From a virus, in IMG/VR virus record IMGVR_UViG_3300045988_116329: a DNA stretch of 16,945 bases, one strand, 5' to 3'. Positions 8,073-14,659 of this stretch are shown here, piece by piece. Below the pieces are notes generated by a model that did not search any database, was not told the origin of the DNA, and worked only from the letters and a program-made list of their open reading frames with translations. Position numbers and translations under genes: made by a program. Each line of letters starts with the position of its first letter. The stretch's first letter is position 1.

Positions 8073-8738
8073 TTATCTAATCCCTAAACTAAAAAGTTTA
8101 TTCCATGTATTTTTGCCACATTGCCCGTCAACAGTTAGACCATATTTTGTTTGAAAGTTTCTGCAAGCTGACTCGCACACTTTGCCATATGTCGTGTCAA
8201 TACTGCCACTGTAAAAACCTAACTTTGACAAAAGTATTTCAAATACTGTTACGTCATTATTTTTTGAACCTCTCTTTAATAAATCCATATTATAACTTGC
8301 ACTTCCTTTACTAGTCTCATTATAACGTAAATGATAACTCCAACCATAACTTGGTATGTAATATTTTCTTATACAGATTTCTTTACCAGTTTGGTCTCCT
8401 GCTTTGCGCCCTTTTGTAGTTCCTTTTTCGTCAATGCTTGCATGAACTATGTGTTCACTATCGGATGATACACAAACATGATGCCCTACTGCTAAATGAA
8501 TGTCACCTTTTTCCCAAGGTTCGTTGCAAGTAGTGAAACCACAACGTTTCAACTGTTCATACAAATTTCTTGTTGTACTGTTGGGATTTACATTAAATCC
8601 TGCTTTAGATAAAGCGTGTCCAACTAATGAACTACAATCAAAGTCAGGATTTCCATTTCTGTTAATTTGTGAATATCCGTGACTATCGTCATTTGCTATT
8701 GCAATCATATAGTTTGTGTAAGTATCAACTTTACTCAT
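8073..8738 (-). CDS. Endolysin: papain-fold cysteine peptidoglycan hydrolase (NlpC/P60-CHAP-Amidase_5 clan) plus PG_binding_1 domain
   Basis: The ATG at 8738 (MSKVDTY...) overlaps the holin stop by 8 nt; the track start is a GTG. The candidate catalytic Cys is in NPDFDCSSLVGHAL, with His candidates in GDIHLAVGHHVCV / HIVHAS. C-terminal LSKLGFYSGSIDTTYGKVCESACRNFQTKYGLTVDGQCGKNTWNKL is a classic PG_binding_1 repeat. Confidence 0.8.
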   Translation of the reverse strand: MSKVDTYTNYMIAIANDDSHGYSQINRNGNPDFDCSSLVGHALSKAGFNVNPNSTTRNLYEQLKRCGFTTCNEPWEKGDIHLAVGHHVCVSSDSEHIVHASIDEKGTTKGRKAGDQTGKEICIRKYYIPSYGWSYHLRYNETSKGSASYNMDLLKRGSKNNDVTVFEILLSKLGFYSGSIDTTYGKVCESACRNFQTKYGLTVDGQCGKNTWNKLFSLGIR

Positions 8739-8940
8739 TCTTATCACTTCTTTCTACATTCAGAATGTCACATAATTTCTGCAAAATCAATGTGTTATCA
8801 TTTAGTGCTGTAGTAAACTTGTCTGTTTCTGCCTTGTGACTTTCATTTAGTTTCATACAGTACCACGCTAAACACAAACACATTACTATAGGAAAGCCTA
8901 CTGTTGTGATAGCCTGCAAAATAGCCTGCATTGTTTCCAT
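8731..8940 (-). CDS. Putative holin (BhlA/UviB-like: one N-terminal TM helix plus charged coiled tail)
   Basis: 69 aa with strong SD AAAGGTGGTGA. A single hydrophobic helix (ILQAITTVGFPIVMCLCLAWYCM) is followed by a charged helical tail. The gene lies immediately upstream of, and overlaps, the endolysin gene. Confidence 0.55.
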   Translation of the reverse strand: METMQAILQAITTVGFPIVMCLCLAWYCMKLNESHKAETDKFTTALNDNTLILQKLCDILNVERSDKNE

Positions 8941-8972
8941 ACCCTCACCACCTTTCTTTTATTCTCTTTTTA

Positions 8973-9001
8973 ATTATATCATATTACTTGAAATTTTGCA
9001 A
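8973..9001 (-). promoter_or_regulatory. Candidate sigma-A-type promoter for the late (lysis plus structural) operon
   Basis: Minus strand reads TTGCAA (8996-9001), a 17-nt spacer, then TATAAT (8973-8978) with TGn extended -10 (TGATATAAT). It lies about 30 nt upstream of the holin SD. Confidence 0.5.
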
Positions 9002-9016
9002 TAATTATGTTATAAT
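8988..9016 (+). promoter_or_regulatory. Candidate sigma-A-type promoter for the packaging ATPase unit
   Basis: Plus strand reads TTGAAA (8988-8993), a 17-nt spacer, then TATAAT (9011-9016) with extended -10 (TGTTATAAT). It lies 45 nt upstream of the ATPase ATG. Confidence 0.55.
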
Positions 9017-9061
9017 AAATTGAGATAATTATAGGCAAATTTAAGAAAAGAGTACAACAAT

Positions 9062-10102
9062 ATGAGTGAAAATAAATACTATGACGGAACTAAACTATTG
9101 TCAATGAAAGACATAAATGGATTAAAGCCTGAACTGTTTATATGTACTACTAATAGAAGTGGTGGTAAGACAACTTATTTTGGTAGATTAGAAGTCAACA
9201 GATTTTTAAAATATAATAAAAAATTCTGTCTGATTTATAGATATAACTATGAGCTTGATGATGTATCTAATAAGTTCTTCAAGGATTTACAAACTTTATT
9301 CTTTAGAAATTACACAATGGAAAGTGAACGCTGTGCAAGTGGTATTTATCATAGTTTGTTTTTGAATGAACAACATTGCGGTTATGCTATAAGTTTAAAT
9401 AGCGCAGACCAGTTAAAGAAATATAGTCACCTGCTTAGTGATACTGATAGTATGCTATTTGATGAATTCCAAAGTGAAACCAATCATTATTGTAGCGATG
9501 AAATAAGAAAATTTATTAGTGTGCATACTAGTATTGCAAGAGGTAATGGAGAGCAGGCGCGTTATTTACCAGTATATATGTTAAGTAATGCAGTCAGTAT
9601 TATTAATCCTTATTATGTGGAACTGGGGATATCTGAAAGACTAAACAGTGAAACTAATTTCTTAAAGGGTGACGGATTTGTACTGGAAAGTGGTTTTATA
9701 GAAACTGCAAGCAAAGCGCAGAAAGAAAGTGGTTTCAATAGAGCGTTTAAGAATAATGAGTATGTTGCATATTCAAGTGAGAACGTGTACTTGAATGATA
9801 ACACTGCTTTTATTGATACACCAGTAGGAAAAGGAAAATATATTGCAACCTTGCGGTACATGAACCATGATTATGCAGTAAAGCAATTTAGTGAGCAGGG
9901 ATTTTTATATATTGATGATAAAGCAGATAGCACATTTAGAAGTAAAATAAGTGTCACTGTTAATGACCATGACATTAATTATGTCATGTTAAAACAAAAT
10001 GATTTATTTATTAGTCAGTTGAGATATTACTTTGAAAAAGGTTGTTTTAGATTTAAGAACCTTAAGTGTAAAGAAGTATTGTTTAAGACTATCAGTTATT
10101 AG
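9062..10102 (+). CDS. DNA encapsidation ATPase (phi29 gp16-like)
   Basis: 346 aa and the only plus-strand gene. Walker A is TNRSGGKTTY and Walker B is SMLFDEF. VNRFLKYNKKFCLIYRYNYEL matches phi29 gp16 INRFIKYGEQFIYVRRYKPEL. LSNAVSIINPYY matches LSNAVSVVNPYF. Confidence 0.93.
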   Translation: MSENKYYDGTKLLSMKDINGLKPELFICTTNRSGGKTTYFGRLEVNRFLKYNKKFCLIYRYNYELDDVSNKFFKDLQTLFFRNYTMESERCASGIYHSLFLNEQHCGYAISLNSADQLKKYSHLLSDTDSMLFDEFQSETNHYCSDEIRKFISVHTSIARGNGEQARYLPVYMLSNAVSIINPYYVELGISERLNSETNFLKGDGFVLESGFIETASKAQKESGFNRAFKNNEYVAYSSENVYLNDNTAFIDTPVGKGKYIATLRYMNHDYAVKQFSEQGFLYIDDKADSTFRSKISVTVNDHDINYVMLKQNDLFISQLRYYFEKGCFRFKNLKCKEVLFKTISY

Positions 10103-10220
10103 GTATCTGCTATTGTACGTACACTTGATACTGCTAGGTAGCACGTTTGGAAGATAACGCTAGTATGTATTGTCGTAAATGCTGTGCGCTTGTGTTCTGC
10201 AATGGTTATAGATATAGAAA
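10103..10220 (+). ncRNA. Candidate structured RNA in the ATPase 3' region (possible pRNA-like packaging RNA); hypothesis only
   Basis: The segment has no ORF. Hand count gives 46/115 G+C (40%) over 10103-10217 in an AT-rich genome. Its ends pair: 10103-10108 with 10210-10215 (6 bp), 10110-10117 with 10198-10205 (8 bp), and 10121-10124 with 10192-10195. Three of these pairs are G-U, valid only in the plus-sense RNA. Internal stems are possible at 10128-10132/10162-10166 and 10144-10147/10156-10159. The terminator follows directly. Confidence 0.35.
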
Positions 10221-10249
10221 AGGCAAGAGTTTTATACTCCTGCCTTTTT
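10218..10249. terminator. Bidirectional rho-independent terminator between the convergent ATPase unit and replication operon
   Basis: Stem AGGCAAGAG (10221-10229) pairs with CTCCTGCCT (10237-10245), with one mismatch and a 7-nt loop. It is flanked by AAA upstream and TTTT downstream, so either strand yields a hairpin followed by a U-run. Confidence 0.65.
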
Positions 10250-10252
10250 GCT

Positions 10253-10513
10253 TTATTTGTAAATATTTATTAATAGTTCATTTAAATCAATTTTAGCTTG
10301 TTCAATGATTTCTAATATAGACTTATTAATGTCGATACGTATTCTTAGCTCATATTCATTGTCATTTATTTTAAGATAGTAAATTATTGAAGCTCTGTTA
10401 TATTTCTCTTCAATTTTATAACTGTTAAAATTAATTTTTGTATAAATCTCATTTAAACTCTCTTTTATAAAATCAGCAAAATGATTGTATTTTTTCAAAT
10501 AATATTTATCCAT
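10253..10513 (-). CDS. Hypothetical protein (last gene of replication operon)
   Basis: 86-aa ORF with SD AAGGAGAA 7 nt upstream of the ATG. It ends just before the terminator. I recognise no motif. Confidence 0.65.
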   Translation of the reverse strand: MDKYYLKKYNHFADFIKESLNEIYTKINFNSYKIEEKYNRASIIYYLKINDNEYELRIRIDINKSILEIIEQAKIDLNELLINIYK

Positions 10514-10528
10514 ATTTTAATTCTCCTT

Positions 10529-10762
10529 TTATTTATAAAAATGATTGTGTATATCTGTTGCAATTATTATATTTAATGAAAGTACAATTTCTCTTGTATC
10601 TTTTTGCTTTACATAGTCATATGATAATAGCTTTGATAAGTATAAACCATTCAAACAATATTCTATTTTATACTGTTCTGTGCAAGGTACATCATAAAAC
10701 TCGATTGAACCTTTAAATCTTTTACGCAGTTCCTGCACTACTTGTTCCATTTTTGTATTCAT
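10529..10762 (-). CDS. Hypothetical protein
   Basis: 77-aa ORF with SD AAAGGAGAG that overlaps the stop of the upstream micro-ORF. I recognise no motif. Confidence 0.65.
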   Translation of the reverse strand: MNTKMEQVVQELRKRFKGSIEFYDVPCTEQYKIEYCLNGLYLSKLLSYDYVKQKDTREIVLSLNIIIATDIHNHFYK

Positions 10763-10765
10763 AGA

Positions 10766-10891
10766 TTATCTCTCCTTTGTAAAATAATCACAATCATATT
10801 TGCAATCACAGAAACAACACATATGATTGCAAGTTTTTTCCTTTTTCTTTGCCTTGTGTCTATAATATAAATCTACTAACCATGTTATCAT
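10766..10891 (-). CDS. Cys-rich 41-aa micro-protein (not in ORF track)
   Basis: My own translation gives MITWLVDLYYRHKAKKKEKTCNHMCCFCDCKYDCDYFTKER. SD GAGGTG lies 9 nt upstream and overlaps the polymerase stop. Its stop sits inside the SD of the next gene, so it exactly fills an otherwise unexplained 137-nt gap. Confidence 0.5.
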   Translation of the reverse strand: MITWLVDLYYRHKAKKKEKTCNHMCCFCDCKYDCDYFTKER

Positions 10892-10899
10892 AATATTTT

Positions 10900-12843
10900 T
10901 CACCTCATTTCATATGTCGTGTCAACCAGTAATACTCCACCCTTAATTCTCTTTGGAAGTAATTTTCCGGGAACACATAAACCAACTTTAAAATCGCTGT
11001 AATCTCTTTTTGTTGCTAAAAATTTTAATTCACTTTGTGTATAATCGTCACTCTCCTTTGCTTCATAACCCTGCATAGATTTATTAAATAAGTCTTTGCA
11101 TTTCTGTGGCATACCTGCACACTTAATATCATTGTATGGTTCATCAACTGGAATTAAATCATTATGTGTAATGTGTTCTATATATGTTTTCTGTCTTGTA
11201 AAAATAGCTGTATCCCAACTACTCTCCAATTTCCAACAACAAAACTTTACAGGGTCTACTGTTATGCCATTTACTTTATCAGCAGGCAAGTCACAATGTA
11301 TACTATCCGTATCTGCATATATAAACCCTGCTTTGTCTACACCATAGTAATTTTGTTGAGCCGCTGTGATTGTAAAGTTTCTTGCGTATGATGTTATTGC
11401 ACTGCCAGTTGCTATGTGACCCACCTTTTTATTGTTAGCAGGAACTATATAAAAGCCTATACTTTCATCTTCTTTAACATACGCAACCTTGAAACTACTA
11501 TTAGAACTACTGGCAAGCTTGCCATATAGATTATTGAGAAATAGTTTAGCTTCCGTACGCTTTGCTCCTTTGCTTTTCATTTTTATTTCTGCATAATGAT
11601 TGATGTAGTTATCAAAGATACCTATGTCAGAATAAAACCAACATCCGTCAAGGATTTCAAAGTCAATCAGTTCATAGTGCTTTAACATTAGCTTGTAATC
11701 TGTCATTGTTATTGTCATTATTTGTGCAGTATCTTTTATGTTTCCATTTATGTCTTTATAGTATCTGTTATAGTTTTCGTTTTTGTCTAACACATCACTA
11801 GTTGTCAATGACTCAGTTCCTTTATATAAATGATTACCTTTTATTTGAATAAATGGTAACATATTTTCTTTAATATAAAAGCGTGTTTTTATTCTTAAAA
11901 AGTAATACTTATTTTCTCCTATGGCTTCATTAGGTATTATATTACCACTCCAAAAATAAGGTCTACCTATTGGAAAATAGTTCCCACTTTGAGAGTGCAT
12001 CATACTAGGATATAAAGAGTTTACGTCAGCGGTCACACCATTATGTCTAATAATATTTTCTTTTCCTTTTACTAGATAGCACCAACCCCCTCTATAACTA
12101 TGTCTTATATATTCGTCAGCATTGGATGAACCATATATATTTTTATCAATTGTAAATTCATCAAGCGCAGGGAATAAATCGTTATAATCATAAGCGCCTA
12201 ATGAGTTTTTGTATTCAGCTACACAACATGAGCCTATTGTTAATTTATCGTGTCCGTCATTAAATAACTGTTCAAGTGCTTCTTTAACTACTAAAACGTC
12301 ATTAGCTATATACTGTTTCTCTTCATCAGTTATAACGCAACCTGCATATCTATATCCGGTATATTCCATATCTAATTTTTGATGCTTTGTTTTAAAAGAT
12401 TTACCTATTTGTTTTACTGAAAATGGTAATAACTTTAAGCTATCTCTTAATTCTATAAAATGGTTATTAACTTTAATAGTTAACATATACCATTGACCCA
12501 TAGAAGATATTGTGTATCTGAATGTATTATTTTTCATATATCTTTCTTTAATAAATTCGCCTTGTGTACCCTCTTCATTATATTTTTCATATGCCTGCTC
12601 ATACTTTAGCTTTGTTAATAAATATGACAACCAAAAATTACCGTCAAATTTTAAATTATGATAGTATGCTATAATGTCGCAATCTAATGACTTAAAATAA
12701 TTATATTGTTCATCAATAGAATGAAAAATCTGCACGTTTTCTGTATATAATTCTACGCTTGCACTTGCCCATACTTCTGTAAATGTTTGACCCTTATATA
12801 CTGTTGTTTCAAAATCACACATAAATTTACGATAATTTCTCAT
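10900..12843 (-). CDS. Protein-primed family-B DNA polymerase (phi29 gp2-like)
   Basis: 647 aa. All signature motifs are present: ExoI CDFETT; ExoII YYHNLKFDGNF; ExoIII YIANDVLVV; motif A DVNSLYPSMM; motif B KLFLNNLYGKLAS; motif C YADTDSIH; KxY RQKTYIE. The start overlaps the TP stop (ATGA). Confidence 0.97.
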   Translation of the reverse strand: MRNYRKFMCDFETTVYKGQTFTEVWASASVELYTENVQIFHSIDEQYNYFKSLDCDIIAYYHNLKFDGNFWLSYLLTKLKYEQAYEKYNEEGTQGEFIKERYMKNNTFRYTISSMGQWYMLTIKVNNHFIELRDSLKLLPFSVKQIGKSFKTKHQKLDMEYTGYRYAGCVITDEEKQYIANDVLVVKEALEQLFNDGHDKLTIGSCCVAEYKNSLGAYDYNDLFPALDEFTIDKNIYGSSNADEYIRHSYRGGWCYLVKGKENIIRHNGVTADVNSLYPSMMHSQSGNYFPIGRPYFWSGNIIPNEAIGENKYYFLRIKTRFYIKENMLPFIQIKGNHLYKGTESLTTSDVLDKNENYNRYYKDINGNIKDTAQIMTITMTDYKLMLKHYELIDFEILDGCWFYSDIGIFDNYINHYAEIKMKSKGAKRTEAKLFLNNLYGKLASSSNSSFKVAYVKEDESIGFYIVPANNKKVGHIATGSAITSYARNFTITAAQQNYYGVDKAGFIYADTDSIHCDLPADKVNGITVDPVKFCCWKLESSWDTAIFTRQKTYIEHITHNDLIPVDEPYNDIKCAGMPQKCKDLFNKSMQGYEAKESDDYTQSELKFLATKRDYSDFKVGLCVPGKLLPKRIKGGVLLVDTTYEMR

Positions 12844-13376
12844 ATATTATCTAAATCAGTAAATCCAAAATATTCATTAATATCATTTGATTGTGTAGCC
12901 ATTACGCGCGACATATCGTGATTTGATAACAAGGGAATTAAATCTTCTGTTTTTGCTTGTACTACTTCGGAATAAACGCTTTCATTAATACTATCTATTG
13001 CAGATATAATTTCTTCTTCATTCTGTTGTAAATATTGTTCATATTGCTCCTCGCCAAAATCCTCTTGCATTTGTTTGATAATACCTAGAACAGTATAATA
13101 AAAATTTTCAAGGTTATAATCTATTGCTTCACCACCATGCGTATATGCTTGTTTTTTACTAGGTAAAGCCTGCAACCTTGAAATAATAGAGTCTGTAACT
13201 GTGTAAGTTTCTGCATGTTCTCTTTGTGATATTTCTGATTGTAAATCCTGCAAAATGTCTTGTGTTATTTTCTTAGGAAAAGCTTTTAAACCACTTATAT
13301 CAATTCCTTGTTGAGTTGCTTTATCCAAAATAGATTGATATGCTTGCTGATTTTTCGTCAAACGTTTCTTTGCCAT
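12840..13376 (-). CDS. Putative terminal protein (TP)
   Basis: 178-aa ORF with SD GAGAGGAGA. It lies immediately upstream of, and is translationally coupled to, the polymerase gene, as phi29 gene 3 is. It has a basic N-terminus (MAKKRLTKNQ) and an acidic C-terminus. The genome has ITRs. Assignment is by synteny and composition only. Confidence 0.6.
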   Translation of the reverse strand: MAKKRLTKNQQAYQSILDKATQQGIDISGLKAFPKKITQDILQDLQSEISQREHAETYTVTDSIISRLQALPSKKQAYTHGGEAIDYNLENFYYTVLGIIKQMQEDFGEEQYEQYLQQNEEEIISAIDSINESVYSEVVQAKTEDLIPLLSNHDMSRVMATQSNDINEYFGFTDLDNI

Positions 13377-13407
13377 AGTTTCTTATCTCCTCTCTAAATT
13401 AATACGA

Positions 13408-13431
13408 CCCCTGCTAACTTAATAGCAAGGG
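13408..13431 (-). promoter_or_regulatory. GC-rich intergenic hairpin between the SSB and TP genes (attenuator or processing site candidate)
   Basis: Minus-sense CCCUUGCUA-uuaagu-UAGCAGGGG forms a 9-bp stem with one G-U. It lies in the 74-nt gap between the two genes. The following tract (UCGUAUUAAUUU) is only weakly U-rich. Confidence 0.4.
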
Positions 13432-13450
13432 CCAGCAGTAAGATAAAATT

Positions 13451-13804
13451 TTAGTTTACTGATTTTACATCAAGGGTACAGTCGATATAAGGTCTGCCTG
13501 CCTTTGTTGTACCACTAATTTTAATAACGTTGAATGGCTTATCATGCATGATATTTACTATGTTATCAAAACTACGCTTGAATGTAGCAGACTGACAAGA
13601 GAATACCTCATTATCTGGTGTAATGATTGATAAAATATCAACATCACCATTGTCCTTTTCATCCGTAAATGTAAGATATCCTGCTACTGGAATAGAAGTA
13701 TCGTCCTCGACATTTTTAAGAGATACGATAGCTCTATCTAATGTCATTAAATATTGCTCAACTTCATTAAAATCTTTTGATTGTGTGTTAATTCTAATTG
13801 CCAT
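13451..13804 (-). CDS. Putative ssDNA-binding protein (phi29 p5-like)
   Basis: 117 aa with SD AAAGGAGAA. The C-terminal half ILSIITPDNEVFSCQSATFKRSFDNIVNIM...IKISGTTKAGRPYIDCTL parallels the recalled phi29 p5 TTIFAADGSLYSAISKTVAEAASDLIDLV...VVQGTSSKGNVFFSLQL. The gene order p6-p5-TP-pol is preserved. Confidence 0.5.
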   Translation of the reverse strand: MAIRINTQSKDFNEVEQYLMTLDRAIVSLKNVEDDTSIPVAGYLTFTDEKDNGDVDILSIITPDNEVFSCQSATFKRSFDNIVNIMHDKPFNVIKISGTTKAGRPYIDCTLDVKSVN

Positions 13805-13827
13805 AATGTATGTTCTCCTTTACTTTG

Positions 13828-14157
13828 TTATTCTGCGTCTCTCTGCTCTTTTGCCTTTGTTACTGTATCTGCTTCAATTGCTTTACGTGTTACAGGGTCA
13901 AGTATTACTGCTCCTGCAATAAAATCTGTTTCACTCATACCATAGAGTGCTTCAATTGGTGAAAGTTCTCTAACTGCTACACATGTGCAAACATCTGTGT
14001 TGTAATCCTTTGATACTTTCTTTAAGGCTTTTGCCTTGTCCTCAATCTTACCACTAAGTGTGAAGACCCTCTCGGTTGTTTCGGCAGTCTGCGTATTTAC
14101 GCAAAGTGCAGTTACTTTTGTTGAAATAATTGTTCTTGTTACCATTTGTTTACGCAT
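13828..14157 (-). CDS. p6-like histone-like dsDNA-binding protein, paralog 2
   Basis: 109 aa with SD AAGGAGA. It shares MRK..TRTI..T...DYN...LYG.SE.DF..AV.LD with ORF 16132-16413. Both resemble the recalled phi29 p6 (REITKTTVNV...MKRKY...VYELPVEKFLEVATV). It is the first gene of the replication operon, as gene 6 is in phi29. Confidence 0.5.
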   Translation of the reverse strand: MRKQMVTRTIISTKVTALCVNTQTAETTERVFTLSGKIEDKAKALKKVSKDYNTDVCTCVAVRELSPIEALYGMSETDFIAGAVILDPVTRKAIEADTVTKAKEQRDAE

Positions 14158-14258
14158 AATCTTGTCTCCTTTTCTTTGTATTATGATTTATAAAATTGCA
14201 ACACCAACAATGGTGTATTAGTCAAGTTGATTTTTGCAATCTGTTTACTGATAGCTTG

Positions 14259-14429
14259 CTATCTCTTGACTATCAAGCAGGATAAAAAATCGTCTACTTT
14301 ATGTCGAATAATGATTTTACAATCGTCTCGGTATATAGTTTCTGTTGTTACGTTGCGTTTATCCGTTCTGCATAAGACCTTTAATGTGCTAGGGTCTGTT
14401 ATAAGTTGTGCGTATAATGTTTCTATCAT
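14259..14429 (-). CDS. Hypothetical 56-aa protein (uncertain)
   Basis: ATG at 14429 (MIETLYAQL...) has an SD-like AAAGGCGGTGA upstream. The segment is relatively GC-rich. It is the only plausible minus-strand ORF in the 14158-14659 gap, and coding status is unproven. Confidence 0.35.
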   Translation of the reverse strand: MIETLYAQLITDPSTLKVLCRTDKRNVTTETIYRDDCKIIIRHKVDDFLSCLIVKR

Positions 14430-14452
14430 ATGTTCACCGCCTTTTGAGGAGA

Positions 14453-14491
14453 CCACACTAGCGAGTGTCGTATTGACTAGCGCTAGTGTGG
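14453..14491. promoter_or_regulatory. Perfect 11-bp inverted repeat (hairpin or operator)
   Basis: CCACACTAGCG (14453-14463) and CGCTAGTGTGG (14481-14491) are separated by 17 nt. An inner 3-bp stem (GTC/GAC) sits in that spacer. ACTAGCG also occurs as a direct repeat (14457 and 14476). No U-run follows on either strand, so this is not a canonical terminator. Confidence 0.5.
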
Positions 14492-14582
14492 GTATGCTAT
14501 TGCAAAACGTAATTTGTAAGAGATGTAATACCTCTTTACATATTATATAATATAGTAGGAATGTAAATACAGTATGTCATAA

Positions 14583-14604
14583 TTATGAACATTTTATGAA
14601 CTTT
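14583..14604. repeat. Tandem 11-bp direct repeat
   Basis: TTATGAACATT followed by TTATGAACTTT, which is 10/11 identical, in the intergenic control region. Confidence 0.6.
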
Positions 14605-14624
14605 TCCACAATTCAATTTTCTGC

Positions 14625-14654
14625 AATTTACGAAAATTTACGAAAATTTGTACA
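14625..14654. repeat. Tandem 10-bp repeats / helically phased AATTT tracts
   Basis: AATTTACGAA AATTTACGAA AATTTGTACA. AATT(T) tracts recur at 14615, 14625, 14635, 14645 and 14655, which is a 10-bp phase. Confidence 0.6.
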
Positions 14655-14659
14655 AATTA

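Noticed and set aside
9613-9861. Minus-strand 82-aa ORF inside the ATPase gene, and similar shadow ORFs (11096-11391, 13623-13922, 14036-14221)
   Set aside because: They lie opposite strongly supported genes and have no SD or recognisable motifs.
14158-14258. Promoter for the replication operon near TTGACT (minus strand) plus small palindromes ACACCA-n4-TGGTGT (14201-14216) and GATAGC-tt-GCTATC (14250-14263)
   Set aside because: No -10 element lies at a workable 16-18-nt spacing from any -35-like hexamer. The best candidate is TTGGTG-16-CATAAT, which is weak. The palindromes are short, so this is not called as a feature.
14227-14550. 107-aa plus-strand ORF in the control region
   Set aside because: It has a TTG start and no SD. 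It runs antisense to the general transcription direction and crosses the 11-bp inverted repeat. Its composition looks like a chance frame.
14540-14553. 14-bp perfect palindrome ATATTATATAATAT
   Set aside because: It consists purely of A/T. Palindromes of this kind arise readily by chance in AT-rich intergenic DNA, and there is no second copy or flanking support.
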